From contig CAYNVS010000002.1 of the NCBI GenBank assembly GCA_964400725.1, forward strand, positions 7,372 to 71,371: 64,000 bases of DNA. Direction: 5' to 3'. The notes beneath the pieces are model-generated. The model saw nothing but the letters and a program-made list of their open reading frames with translations, searched no databases and had not been told where the DNA came from. The DNA is from an uncultured Myxococcales bacterium (GTDB lineage Bacteria; Myxococcota_A; SURF-8; CAYNVS01). The position numbers were made by a program, and so were the translations under genes. Below are positions 40,201-47,677 of this stretch, piece after piece; position 1 is the stretch's first letter; each line of letters opens with the position of its first letter.

Positions 40201-43200
40201 CGGCGTGAATTACCGAGACTTTTGGTATTACGATTTCGCTCTTGAAGGCTGGGTTGAGGTGGAGAAAAACGGAGCATGGCCGGAAGCCAGACCCGAACCG
40301 GCTTTGGCGTACGACCCGGCGCGAAGGTTGATATATCTGACGGGTTATTCCGAGCCGGACGACGGACAGGTATGGACGTGGAACGGCGCCCAGTGGAACG
40401 CCGTCGGAAGCGCGTCGGGCGAGCGCTACTTCTTCAACCGCGCCAACGGCTATTTCTTCGGGTATTCTCAACGCGGCGGCGTCTTCTTCCCGGATACGAA
40501 CGACTATTTCCCGATAGTTTCGGAGTACAGCGGAGGCGCGTTGCGCGGAACTCCGGCTATTGCGGTCGATCCGAACGGCAAGACGTACCTCTTCGGCGGA
40601 AAATACAGCTATCCGTCTTGGCCTCAACAAAGCGCCGATCATTTTTACGAGCTCGATTTCTTCCAGACAAAGAAGATTAATCCGTCTAACAAGCCTCCCG
40701 GCGGCAGCGTAATTGCGAGCGCGTTCAACCCGTACTACGGCTACCTTATGGTCGTCGGCGCGGGCGACGGCAACCCGAATACCTACATTTACGACGGGAA
40801 CGACTGGACGCTTAAATCCGATTCGGCTCCAATGGTTACGACTTGGGGCGCGCTGGGTTACAATCCCGACGACAACTCGATGATTTTCTACAACAATAAC
40901 AAAACCACCTACCAATACGATTATGCGACGAACACTTGGCGCGAGGTTTGCGTTTCGGCCGAATGCGGACAATCTCTTCCGCCCGTCGGAGGATGGTTCG
41001 TGCAGGACGGAAAACGAAACAGGCTGGTTTACGCGGTAAACAACCCCGGCCCCGGAACCTCGATGAGCTTTTACCGCTGGGACGGAACCGCGGCTAAATG
41101 GAGCATTATTTGCAACGAACAGATTTGCAGCTTCCCGCTTTCCAACCAGATTCAGGAAATTTCCGAATTCAACGGCGGAACGCTGATAATCAACCCGACT
41201 TACACGCCTTTAGTCTGGAATTTCGACGATTTCTCGCTGCGGCAGCTTTGCGTGGACGAGGCTTGGACGGTTGATTCGGATTGGTACTGGTCGCACACGC
41301 AGAAAACCACTTTCTCTTACGCCAGAAACAGGCTTGAAAGCCTTTATTTCGGCGACACGTTCAGCACCGGCGGCATGATGGGATACTTTAAGCCGTACGT
41401 GAAAATCGGCGTAATGTCGGAAAGAAGGCCGAACGCGATGCTTTCCTTCTCGATCGCCGACGCGAAAATATTATCGAATTACAGCCGCGCAAAAATTAAG
41501 AACTTCATAAAAAGCATGACTCTCAAATTAACGGTCGGAGCGGAAAGCCGCTCGTCCGACGGATCGCAATACTTCGCCGGAGGGTACGTTTTCGCTTACT
41601 CGCCGCAGGGCGAAGTCTGGGTTCCTCTCGCTCAGTTCGCGGGAGTTCCCGGAAGCCTCGAAAACGTCTCGGCAACGGCGGGGCAGGACTTCGACTGCAA
41701 TAATCTGCCCGCCTTTACGCCCAACGAACATTACTATTTTAACGGCGGCAGAGCCTACTGCGCGGGGCTGGGGCTGACCGACTTAATAGGATACGACGGA
41801 ACGATTAAAATACTCGTCTCGCCCATAGGCGTAAACGGCTCGTTCGCCGGAGCGCAGGTCGTTTTGGATTACGCGGAACTGATTATCGACTACACCAGCG
41901 ATCCGTCGAACTGCGTTCCTTATTGCGAAAAATTCAGCTGCGCCGACGACGGATGCGGAAACCCCTGCCCGTGTCCGGCGGGATACTCCTGCGGCTCGAC
42001 CGGCTCATGCACTCTTTCAATTCCCGACGGCGACGAGGAAACCGACGGCGACGTCGAAGAGACCGAGGGAGAAACCGAAGTCGAGGAAGAAGCTCCGGCC
42101 TGCCCCAACGACGACCCCAACACGCCTTCGGCGATTACGCTTTCGAGCGGAATTCAGACGTTTACCGGCTCGACCTGCGGATGCTCGGACGATTACTCGG
42201 CGGGATGCGGCGGCGATCACGCTCCGGACGCGGTCTTTTTAATCTCCGCTCCGACCGGCGTCAAAGGTAAATTTACCGCGCAGGTTTCGGGCTTCGACAC
42301 GGTCATGTATATAGTCATAGACGATATGTCGAACAGCCCGATAGAATGCAACGACGACGCGGATCCGCCGGGCGGATACGGCAGCGCGCTTTCGGAATAC
42401 GAGCTTAAAGCCGGCGGAAAAGCGTATATCTTCATCGACGGTTACGGCGATTCGTGCGGCTCCTATACGCTCACCGTCAACGGAACTATAACCGGAACCT
42501 GCGGCAACGACGTATGCGCAACCGCCGCCGTCATTCCCGCGTCCAGTTCTGGAACGTATAATTATAACGGCGAGATGTGCGCATGTTCCGACCATTATAA
42601 TATAAACGGAACCTACGGAGTAAACGCCCGCGACGCGGTTTACGCCTTTACGACAAGCTCGACGCAGGACACGTGGGGCGAGTTCTCAAGTCTGGGAACC
42701 GGCTTTACCTCTATCGTTTCGCTTTGGGAAACGTGCCCGAATACCGGCTCTCCCGCAGCTTATACGTGGGGCGAAGGACAGAAAATTTCGAGACTTCTTA
42801 ACCGCGGCGCGACGTATTACGTAATGCTCGACAGTTATTGGTCGGATTCCTGCGGAGCCTATACCTTCGACGCTAAAATAGACCTGCTGAGCTGCCCGAA
42901 CGACACCTGCGCCGCGGCTACAATTATTCCTTTCGTAACGGACGTCGATAGGCATTACCGCAACAATTACTGCCCGTGCTCCGCGGACTATTACGCCTAT
43001 TTCGGCTACGATACGAAGGACGCGGTTTACAAATTCACCGTTCCGCAAAACGGCAGGAAATACCTGTTTACCGCCGATTTGGATTCCGATTACGGAAACG
43101 AGCTTTCGTTGTGGAACGGATGCCCCAGTTCGGCGTCGCAGGAGGCGAGGGACAGCGGCTGGGATAAAGTGTACATTTACAGTCTGCTGAACAATATGTT

Positions 43201-43708
43201 CGCGACGACGTATTACGTTCTGGTTGACGGTTACTCGTCCAGCGGCGGCTGCAACTACTACGATTTCAACGCCCGCATATCAGACGTTACGTGCGCAAAC
43301 GATACGAAAGCGTCGGCGACAACGATTTCGGGCTCGCCGGGAACGAACGTTTACAACGGCTACACCTACGCCTGCGTAAACAACTACAGCGGCTCCTGCG
43401 GCGGAGCTTCATACGACGCATTCTTCAAGTTTACCGGCAACGCCGGCTACGATTACAATTTTAAAATCGAGGGATATTTAGTCGGACGACCCGATTATAC
43501 CTACAGCCCGATTATTACGCTGTTCAAAGACGGCTCGCCGGAAGTTGAGATCGCCTGCTCGGCCGCATCCGGAAAAGAAACCGAGTTGACTCCCTCAATG
43601 ATCGGGACTCTTACGACGGGCGCAACGTATTATATCGTCGTTGACGGAGGAAGCGCCGGAGCTACTGTCGGAGGTTACAAACTGACAAGCTCGATAACGG
43701 TAAAATAA
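31295..43708 (+). CDS. Giant (4137 aa) cell-surface protein with >25 Ig-like domains, Kelch-type beta-propeller and four PPC-like C-terminal domains
   Basis: GGAGGG RBS. Signal peptide with lipobox-like LAVSC. Cys-rich N-terminal module (TCKSDSDCPGGYTCK). A ~100-aa repeat recurs, ending in the motif FDFT(K/A)P and containing D(K/E)AGN. Kelch-like repeats are present (FMFGG, VYMFGG, TYLFGG). A Cys-rich segment (CPCPAGYSCGSTGSC) is followed by four ~150-aa repeats with C-x-C-SDxY...DAV(Y/F)xFT resembling pre-peptidase C-terminal (PPC) domains. Confidence 0.8.
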   Translation: MLPNSLRLGFVFSFLAGFGALAVSCNMPLDIQPDVTITCKSDSDCPGGYTCKTEIGCVLATGGDKTAPQLSEKTLTPATVKADGKISAGFTVDERLFMTPKVVFKKGETVGGEFTVVKEPKADDAEQKYAFEYSVKGNETEGSMNVAAEGVVDKSGNTPGEIILGEVTFDFTPPQIASCSVSENANKPAKESDALEVKIGVTEELGADPAVILINADSSDGAAFFKTNYDSVSKVYTYSLAVDKSMGEGARGLRIKMSDAAGNKKAVDFASAWSFDFTPPALVNSQVAPEIAGPSASVSAQFDASEELAFVSSVVLSSDASGEEEIEMELAGAPVGLHYAYRYDAKKISDKITKIYKVIAKKIADKAGNETESVEIGTVTIDTIPPKFTGNPVSVNKTRFKESEELIVSFTADETLLSAAAYVDFGSRRVELTKKSVSQDGLTFEYSHVAASDDPEGSGMVAVVITDLAGNNGEEARIGPVIFDFTAPSVMSSDAQPAFAKLSDSLYYSLTASEEIAEAPTLIVNPPLDLGAAEKQSGSNAYVWRLKIADGSLDGSYEVKAVFCDLAGNCAPQEGLAAKGFRIDGTLPKITEPKVYPQLAKEGDEVTVEFVLDDKLSGDPSVKIGGAPADSFTFDDRTKTYKFIYAAKKTDRDGVKNVYITATDEALNSTSELLSQTVAFDFTAPAAISAYATPSKQKVGGDVVITITVSEELSQTDGITVTINPPLSLKSGAPLGRTYVYTHNVKDEDAAGIYSFAVALKDAAGNDSGELTDAAWTFEIDKTTPEVSDVEVGRKNEAGEIVAGFIKGGDVLWALFKVNKELAQEPIVKCGDLLMNGGFNEESGLYEFSRPIASSDADGSFAVTTELRDKIGNVKFFNLGAVTIDNLAPFVADSSAQPSFAKLSAMVVLTITANELLDESTLALLVEPKDGSNGLAEAFVYAGRSGLSYSYKRKIADEDSAGEYAAKIKFCDLAGNCLENYQNIQGFTVDKTAPEVTDKLVEPQKANLKEGDAVKVSFNVAKPLETPPVVALGKSTMTLAETPDEGYVYTFNYTVKKEDGEGVALAMAELHDQAGNVKFEELARFRFDFTKPYIVSSVPQPPLGRANSVIIYSLTVSEELAGNPAHILVPQSPDFAGPTANGAEFRYSYYVAESTPKTKYELKFDLCDLAGNCAYGLDASSFEADGVAPWYYDLEIPQTLFKRGETVVVRFKASEELAKEPAVILGSIQMDLNSSDGLAFEYVHQTDQYDLDGSYQVRIELEDKAGNQFSVVAGGNVVFDFSKPGAASAGASPDPAKKGAEIKYLVTLTEPIANEVSMTAATIDGAGAVIDFGKASANGLNLVWKKTVGANFVSGEYGVTLDSLCDAAGNCDFNVKTTGFVVDVSPPSIASSPAFSLTPAAGTKLKKDDSLTLSFSVTEDMKQMYGGTGLAEGYPIVRAGSYEANQVQAAEGFDYTFVYQAKGTESEGAAGVVVELMDKAGNTASFNLGAFVFDFTKPILLSSSAAPKNAKAGTRIVYEISTSEKLKQPPALVIGGTKQLNFVYLEGTTYKFEYTAALNDSGDYSATISLVDEAGNENKGLAGDAFKIDAIVPTLANASTDRAKYSKTEGYNLVTLKFDLSEDVGAGLSVKLSGEDMTCNAYQPGARDNHTCTYNATTSSQSEGTKNIIITATDAAGNSATSSVAVAFDFTKPTPLSSSVSPKNAKEGASIVYEISPSEPLLSPPVLYVAGPKSLNFQRINGTTYKFGYSAKYGDDGDYSVVFDLTDEAGNENKGLAGDGFKIDAIVPTLANASTDRAKYSKTEGYNLVTLKFDLSEDVGAGLSVKLSGEDMTCNAYQPGARDNHTCTYNATTSSQSEGTKNIIITATDAAGNSATSSVAVAFDFTKPTIITAGVTPLHAKEGQKIYYELTPDEPLASVPDFTALGPSQLNFFYVGGTAYKFMHNPFNGGDGHYTVEITLIDEAGNKAENLTTDKTGAALPAFNIDTAIPTITGMRIVNKSLGTTADSFSAQPGYNEISLFFKVAENLGPGASGLTLYINIPNGDDAFELVNRANNPDGTVDYEFKHEVVLADGEGMRTISVTTADAAGNSDSGQANLTFDFTPPRIVSSSASPNPAGMSATIKYQITVSEPLAHYPQMSASPPTSEGGWDLIADSALSYTYRHVVAAGDTGDYFGSITNLCDKLYNCASAAQIGDGFSIDAISPQVAGKTMEPDSGSYLKTGGRVKVNFIVNENKELDGFPSVKLGPFAMIRQIPNDVGFQHTYYYDFGGSEPETMYVALIELRDKAGNQSSTAAGNVIYDRTNPSVISANPSPLYAKKGDTLYYDILTNEPLGSHPTVVVEHETLGVIADFFDYVADTSYKFSRLIGAGDANGRYRVYITIYDKALNSYYTDAGSGFNVDITKPEISNVELNGGATHLFSDAMNHDLMEIKFDVSENPYNLEVTLDSQEQIFGTTWLDGSVYKNVFYKQVEKAFGEGTHIIAIKTLDAAGNSDFKSIAATFDFTKPDLVSGSAAMRYVPGSGNMLSNPKGAKVGTKVDVSFIVTELLSQNPIVSFGGIYQFKLTSALSYAYQYEYETKANPPEGAWTVQAKLYDLAGNMNEINFPFDPLVIDSTPPSAPDTATDGMVVIKRVPWGAEETDYNGELHAVFAPASLDEGTYVNIWESAVKTTPMYTGQIEANGGADFNLGYVDKTGLWVSAMDGSGNESPRVKIYDGKWIATLNGKIAGSRYENPHNLLYANHNVLLNNASTPIAGWPAPDQFLSETKQSKLDALYFKGDGNKAAHYTAECLAWVNDIPRTDRAKFEPYRGTFSEWTANSGGSEAVLSKGFEAGKRLKTLVNFSENGTYSWADFVAELINPDCQYFGYNGHSSIRYDFCTAVSISIETTDTPPVRAQASMIYLPKKAKAFMFGGTGLGGAELRDAWLWDSLGSQWIVLPTTNAPFGREKPALAYDDHNDRVYMFGGSADGVNYRDFWYYDFALEGWVEVEKNGAWPEARPEPALAYDPARRLIYLTGYSEPDDGQVWTWNGAQWNAVGSASGERYFFNRANGYFFGYSQRGGVFFPDTNDYFPIVSEYSGGALRGTPAIAVDPNGKTYLFGGKYSYPSWPQQSADHFYELDFFQTKKINPSNKPPGGSVIASAFNPYYGYLMVVGAGDGNPNTYIYDGNDWTLKSDSAPMVTTWGALGYNPDDNSMIFYNNNKTTYQYDYATNTWREVCVSAECGQSLPPVGGWFVQDGKRNRLVYAVNNPGPGTSMSFYRWDGTAAKWSIICNEQICSFPLSNQIQEISEFNGGTLIINPTYTPLVWNFDDFSLRQLCVDEAWTVDSDWYWSHTQKTTFSYARNRLESLYFGDTFSTGGMMGYFKPYVKIGVMSERRPNAMLSFSIADAKILSNYSRAKIKNFIKSMTLKLTVGAESRSSDGSQYFAGGYVFAYSPQGEVWVPLAQFAGVPGSLENVSATAGQDFDCNNLPAFTPNEHYYFNGGRAYCAGLGLTDLIGYDGTIKILVSPIGVNGSFAGAQVVLDYAELIIDYTSDPSNCVPYCEKFSCADDGCGNPCPCPAGYSCGSTGSCTLSIPDGDEETDGDVEETEGETEVEEEAPACPNDDPNTPSAITLSSGIQTFTGSTCGCSDDYSAGCGGDHAPDAVFLISAPTGVKGKFTAQVSGFDTVMYIVIDDMSNSPIECNDDADPPGGYGSALSEYELKAGGKAYIFIDGYGDSCGSYTLTVNGTITGTCGNDVCATAAVIPASSSGTYNYNGEMCACSDHYNINGTYGVNARDAVYAFTTSSTQDTWGEFSSLGTGFTSIVSLWETCPNTGSPAAYTWGEGQKISRLLNRGATYYVMLDSYWSDSCGAYTFDAKIDLLSCPNDTCAAATIIPFVTDVDRHYRNNYCPCSADYYAYFGYDTKDAVYKFTVPQNGRKYLFTADLDSDYGNELSLWNGCPSSASQEARDSGWDKVYIYSLLNNMFATTYYVLVDGYSSSGGCNYYDFNARISDVTCANDTKASATTISGSPGTNVYNGYTYACVNNYSGSCGGASYDAFFKFTGNAGYDYNFKIEGYLVGRPDYTYSPIITLFKDGSPEVEIACSAASGKETELTPSMIGTLTTGATYYIVVDGGSAGATVGGYKLTSSITVK
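36008..36961 (+). repeat. Two 369-bp segments (36008..36376 and 36593..36961) identical except for 1 nt, period 585 bp, inside the giant gene
   Basis: Direct comparison of the two segments shows only A/G differing, at the codon giving DAF vs DGF. Minus-strand artefact ORFs 35983..36213 and 36568..36798, and the starts of 34823..36244 and 36338..36829, are identical, which confirms it. Flanking repeat units are only ~50% identical. Confidence 0.9.
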
Positions 43709-43920
43709 AAAACGCCGATTCGTTCTCGAAGGGCGCCGAACGCGCGCGCCTTTCGAGGACGAAGAAGCGGCGGGCAGTTACGCGTCCTGCGTTTTTTCGC
43801 CCGGCTATAAAAATAGTCCCTTCAAAAAGCCGTTCATGCTTACGACGAACGCTCCGCTTTTAACGGAATAACTCTTTATTTTATTTTGGCGCGCATGACA
43901 AAACGGTTATAATATATTTT

Positions 43921-45216
43921 ATGAATACTAATCGACCGATAAAGATATTAGCGCTAATCGCCGTCGCAGCCGCGCTCGTCCCGCTTTTTTCCTGCAAAGA
44001 GAAAACCCAAGAGGATTTCTTCTCGCTGCCCAGAAGCAAAAAAAACGACCAAAAAGCGGGGCGCATCCCGTCGGAGTGCGACGACCCGAAGCATTTTGAA
44101 AAAATCGAAAAAGCCGCGGCGTTGAACGAAGAAGGCATGCAATACATGAACAAAGGCGATCTGGGGCAGGCCGAAACGCTGTTCAACGAAGCCTTGAAAA
44201 TCATTCCGGTTTACGGCGACGCGCGCTTTAACCTCGGCCTTGTTTACGCGCGAAAGAACATGAGCGACAAAGCGCTGGAAGAGTTCGACAAAGTGATTAA
44301 GGACGTTCCGGACTGGCCAGACGCTTACGTTAACAAAGCGACGCTGCTCATGCGCCAGCGCAAATACTCCGAAGCCGAAAAAAATCTGTTCGAGGCGCTC
44401 AAGCTCGACTCGACCGACCCCAACGGCTGGATAGCTCTGGGGCGGCTTTATTTCTCGGACAACAAACCCGACCGCGGCTACAACGCTTTCGCCGAAGGGA
44501 TTAAGCGCGCCCCCAAAGAATTGGCGCTTAGAACCGCGATGCTTGAAGAGCTGATTAACGCCCGCAAGTTCAAAGAGGCGGCGGCGGCGTGCGAGGAAGC
44601 GATTAAGGCGTTTCCGTCGGAGATTAAATTATACGAAACGCTCGTTCAGATTTACGTGGACGCGCGCAGCCTGGACAAAGCCGAGGAAACTTTAAAGTCG
44701 CCGGGAGCGTCCGCGATGGAGGCGAAGAAAAAAAGCTATTTTCAAGCGTTGATTTTGGAAAACCGAAAAAAGTACGCGGAAGCGATTAAAATTTACAGAC
44801 AACTAGTTGAAGAAATGAGCGCCGATACAGCGAAGCCGGCGGGCGACGACCGGCCGCAGGAAGAGAATGCTAAGCCCGAAACGAGCCTTCAAGGCGGCGT
44901 CAATCCCGAAAGAAGGCTTGCGGACATACGCGTTCATCTAGCCGGCGCCCTTTTTTATACGGGCAAATTCAAGGAAGCCGTAGAGACGCTTGAGCCCGCC
45001 AAAGGAAAGACCGACGATTCGTTTTATTTTATATACCTCGGAGCGGCGTTGATAAGCCTCAATAAGGGATTTGAAGCCGCCGCCGTGTACCAGGAATTTT
45101 TTAACAGCCCCAAAGCCGTCGAAAACCTCGTAAACACCAACCGTGATGAAATCATAGCGGCGATTGACGCTTTAAAGGCGGGCAAAAAGATTAAGCCGAT
45201 AGGGCTCGACAAATAA
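43921..45216 (+). CDS. TPR-repeat lipoprotein
   Basis: Signal peptide with lipobox LFSC. Multiple 34-aa TPR repeats (AETLFNEALKIIPVYGDARFNLGLVYARKNM...). Confidence 0.6.
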   Translation: MNTNRPIKILALIAVAAALVPLFSCKEKTQEDFFSLPRSKKNDQKAGRIPSECDDPKHFEKIEKAAALNEEGMQYMNKGDLGQAETLFNEALKIIPVYGDARFNLGLVYARKNMSDKALEEFDKVIKDVPDWPDAYVNKATLLMRQRKYSEAEKNLFEALKLDSTDPNGWIALGRLYFSDNKPDRGYNAFAEGIKRAPKELALRTAMLEELINARKFKEAAAACEEAIKAFPSEIKLYETLVQIYVDARSLDKAEETLKSPGASAMEAKKKSYFQALILENRKKYAEAIKIYRQLVEEMSADTAKPAGDDRPQEENAKPETSLQGGVNPERRLADIRVHLAGALFYTGKFKEAVETLEPAKGKTDDSFYFIYLGAALISLNKGFEAAAVYQEFFNSPKAVENLVNTNRDEIIAAIDALKAGKKIKPIGLDK

Positions 45217-45277
45217 AATCGCGCGGGTTTATTCATTGAGCCGCCGACGAGTTTGGGTCGGAATGCGAGGTTAAAAT

Positions 45278-46417
45278 ATGCGGTCGGATTATGAAATAAA
45301 GAAAAAAATATTGCTGCTGGGATACCCCGATTTCCTTGGACGCAAGCTCGCGGAAAAAATTTTAGCGGACGAAGATTCGCTTTTGGCCGCGATTGTAAGC
45401 TCCGGCAGAATGGACGAGGCGAGAACGGAGATAAACGGCTATCCGCCTTCTTACCGCGCGCGCGTAAAACTCTACGAAGGAGAGATTTCGTCGTTGGATT
45501 TCGGACTGAAAGGCCCCGAATACGACGAGCTTTTATCGAGCGCAACGCATATGTATCACGCCGGCATGGGTTTTCAGCTCAGGTTCTCCGAGCGTTATCT
45601 GCGCGAGCGCAACGTTATTGGAACCCGCAACGCGGTAGATTTCTGCCGCGAATCGAAGAAGCTGGAGCGCTTCTTTTTCTTTTCGTCCGTGCACGCGTCG
45701 GGAACGGCAAAGGGAACGGTTTTGGAAACCGATTTCAACGAAAACGCCTCGTTTAAAAGCTATTTAGAAAAATCGTTTCACACCGCCGAAAAAATGATTC
45801 GCGGCGGCGCAAAGAAAGCGCCCTACACAATCTTCAGGCTCGCCAACATGATAGGCGACAGTAAAACCGGCGAAATAGACGGTTTCGACGGCCCGTACCT
45901 TTTCGTAAAGCTGATGTCGATGCGCAAAGGGCTGCCGCTTCTTTTGCCGGGTTCGTGCGCGGCCAAAAGCCATTTAATTCCCGTAGATTACGCCGTCGCG
46001 GCGGCTTACTACATATCGACGCTGAAAAATTCGGAATGGAAAACCTATCATATAATCGACGAGCGCAGCCTGCCGGTCAACCGCGTTCTGCGAATAGTGT
46101 GCGATTATCTCGGCCACAAACAGCCGATATTCAACGTCCCGGCGCCGGCGCTTAAAGCTCTTTACCTTCTTCCTTCGATGCGCGGCAAACTCGGCCTTCC
46201 CAAAGACGTTGCGCGCTACCTAAACCATAACGTAACTTACGATAATTCTTTGGCAAAAGAGGCGCTTGCGGACTCCGGAATCGTCTGCCCCAAGTTCGAG
46301 ACGTACTTCCCCGCGACGCTTGAGAGCGCCGAGCGGAAACTGAAAGAGGAAAAGGACAAAAAAGAGGAAGCCGAGACAGCCGACCCGCTTGCCGAAAGCA
46401 TGGAAGAGGAGACTTAA
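45278..46417 (+). CDS. NAD(P)-dependent epimerase/dehydratase or thioester-reductase-like protein (extended SDR fold, degenerate Gly motif)
   Basis: GAGG RBS. N-terminal ILLLGYPDFLGRKL occupies the Rossmann GxxGxxG position. Overall length and motif order resemble the NAD_binding_4/epimerase family. C-terminal Lys/Glu-rich tail. Confidence 0.5.
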   Translation: MRSDYEIKKKILLLGYPDFLGRKLAEKILADEDSLLAAIVSSGRMDEARTEINGYPPSYRARVKLYEGEISSLDFGLKGPEYDELLSSATHMYHAGMGFQLRFSERYLRERNVIGTRNAVDFCRESKKLERFFFFSSVHASGTAKGTVLETDFNENASFKSYLEKSFHTAEKMIRGGAKKAPYTIFRLANMIGDSKTGEIDGFDGPYLFVKLMSMRKGLPLLLPGSCAAKSHLIPVDYAVAAAYYISTLKNSEWKTYHIIDERSLPVNRVLRIVCDYLGHKQPIFNVPAPALKALYLLPSMRGKLGLPKDVARYLNHNVTYDNSLAKEALADSGIVCPKFETYFPATLESAERKLKEEKDKKEEAETADPLAESMEEET

Positions 46418-46420
46418 AAC

Positions 46421-47662
46421 TTAGAATATTTCCTCCGCTATCATGTCCGCGTAAGTCTGCCTGCGTCTTATTACCTTAAACGAGCCGCCGTCAACAAGAA
46501 CTTCCGCGCATTTGGGGCGGGAATTGTAGTTCGAGCTCATAGCCGCGCCGTACGCGCCCGCGCTCATAACCGCGACGAAATCGCCCCGGCGAAACGCGGG
46601 CAGAGGCCTGTCTTTCGCGAAAAAATCTCCCGATTCGCACACCGGTCCGACTAAGTCCGCAATCTGCGTTTCCGCCCCTATGGGAGCAACCGGAGTTACC
46701 GCGTGGTAGGCTCCGTAAAGCGTCGGCCTTATAAGGTCGTTCATTCCCGAATCGACGATTACGAACTTCTTGTTTTTCGTCTGCTTTACGAAAAGAACTT
46801 TCGTAATCAACGCGCCCGAATTGCCCGAAATAAAACGCCCCGGCTCCATTACGAGAGTTACGGGCAAATCTTTTACCAAGTGTTCGATTTCCTTGCGGAA
46901 GTTCGCCGCGGTAGAAGGCTGTTCGTCTTGATAAATTATTCCGAGCCCGCCGCCGATGTTGAGATACTGCAGATTGATTCCGGCGTCCGCCAATTGAAAG
47001 ATTAAAGCCCGCAGCGCCGCTATGCTCTCGACGTACGGCTCCGGCGTAAGTATCTGCGATCCGATGTGGCAATCAACTCCCAGTATTTTAACGTTCGGCA
47101 GCCGCGCCGCTTTTTTATACTCCGCCAGAGCGTCGGCAAGCGGTATTCCGAATTTATTTTCGGCTTTGCCGGTCGTTATTTTCTCGTGCGTATGCGCGTC
47201 CACGTCGGGGTTCACGCGAAGCGCGACGCCGGCCGTCTTCCCCATTTTCCCCGCTATTTCGCTTAAAACCTCGGCTTCCTGAGAGCTTTCTACGTTGAAC
47301 GTCAAAATGCCGGCATCTATCGCCTCGGCCAGCTCTTGGTCGGTTTTACCGACTCCGGAATAAACGATTTTCTTCGCGTCTATGCCCGCGGCGAGAGCTC
47401 TGTACAGCTCTCCGCCCGAAACGATGTCGGCGCCGCAGCCCAGCTCCGCCAGCGTTTTGAGTATTGCGACGTTGGAGCAGGATTTGACGGAATAGCATAT
47501 CAGCCGTTTCATGTCCGCAAAGGCGGCGTCCAGCTTGAGATAATGCTCGCAAATCGTCCGTTTGCTGTAAAGGTAAAAGGGCGTTCCTACGCTTTCGCAA
47601 ACGTCCGCCGCTTTTACGTCCTCGCAGTATAAATAGCCGTCAACCGATTTGAAATAGTGCAT
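46421..47662 (-). CDS. lysA: Diaminopimelate decarboxylase
   Basis: 413 aa with the PLP-dependent fold III. YSVKSCSN...GADIVSGGEL, EPGRFISGNSG and CESGD motifs present. Confidence 0.9.
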   Translation of the reverse strand: MHYFKSVDGYLYCEDVKAADVCESVGTPFYLYSKRTICEHYLKLDAAFADMKRLICYSVKSCSNVAILKTLAELGCGADIVSGGELYRALAAGIDAKKIVYSGVGKTDQELAEAIDAGILTFNVESSQEAEVLSEIAGKMGKTAGVALRVNPDVDAHTHEKITTGKAENKFGIPLADALAEYKKAARLPNVKILGVDCHIGSQILTPEPYVESIAALRALIFQLADAGINLQYLNIGGGLGIIYQDEQPSTAANFRKEIEHLVKDLPVTLVMEPGRFISGNSGALITKVLFVKQTKNKKFVIVDSGMNDLIRPTLYGAYHAVTPVAPIGAETQIADLVGPVCESGDFFAKDRPLPAFRRGDFVAVMSAGAYGAAMSSNYNSRPKCAEVLVDGGSFKVIRRRQTYADMIAEEIF

Positions 47663-47677
47663 GCCGCAGCCTCTAAC

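Noticed and set aside
37835-40972. Several 100-340-aa minus-strand ORFs (37835..38737, 39941..40972 etc.)
   Set aside because: All nested antisense within the 31295..43708 gene. Arg/Val-rich. Rejected as non-coding.
31295-43708. Possibility that the regular ~300-bp and 585-bp periodicity represents a CRISPR-like or satellite array
   Set aside because: The periodic units are in-frame protein domain repeats (FDFTxP Ig-like units) with divergent sequence, not short identical repeats with unique spacers.
43709-43920. Possible terminator hairpins after the giant gene (cgaagggcgc...gcgcctttcg and aggacg...cgtcct-gcgtttttt)
   Set aside because: The first stem lacks a following T-tract. The second has a 19-nt loop. 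Too weak to call without folding energies.
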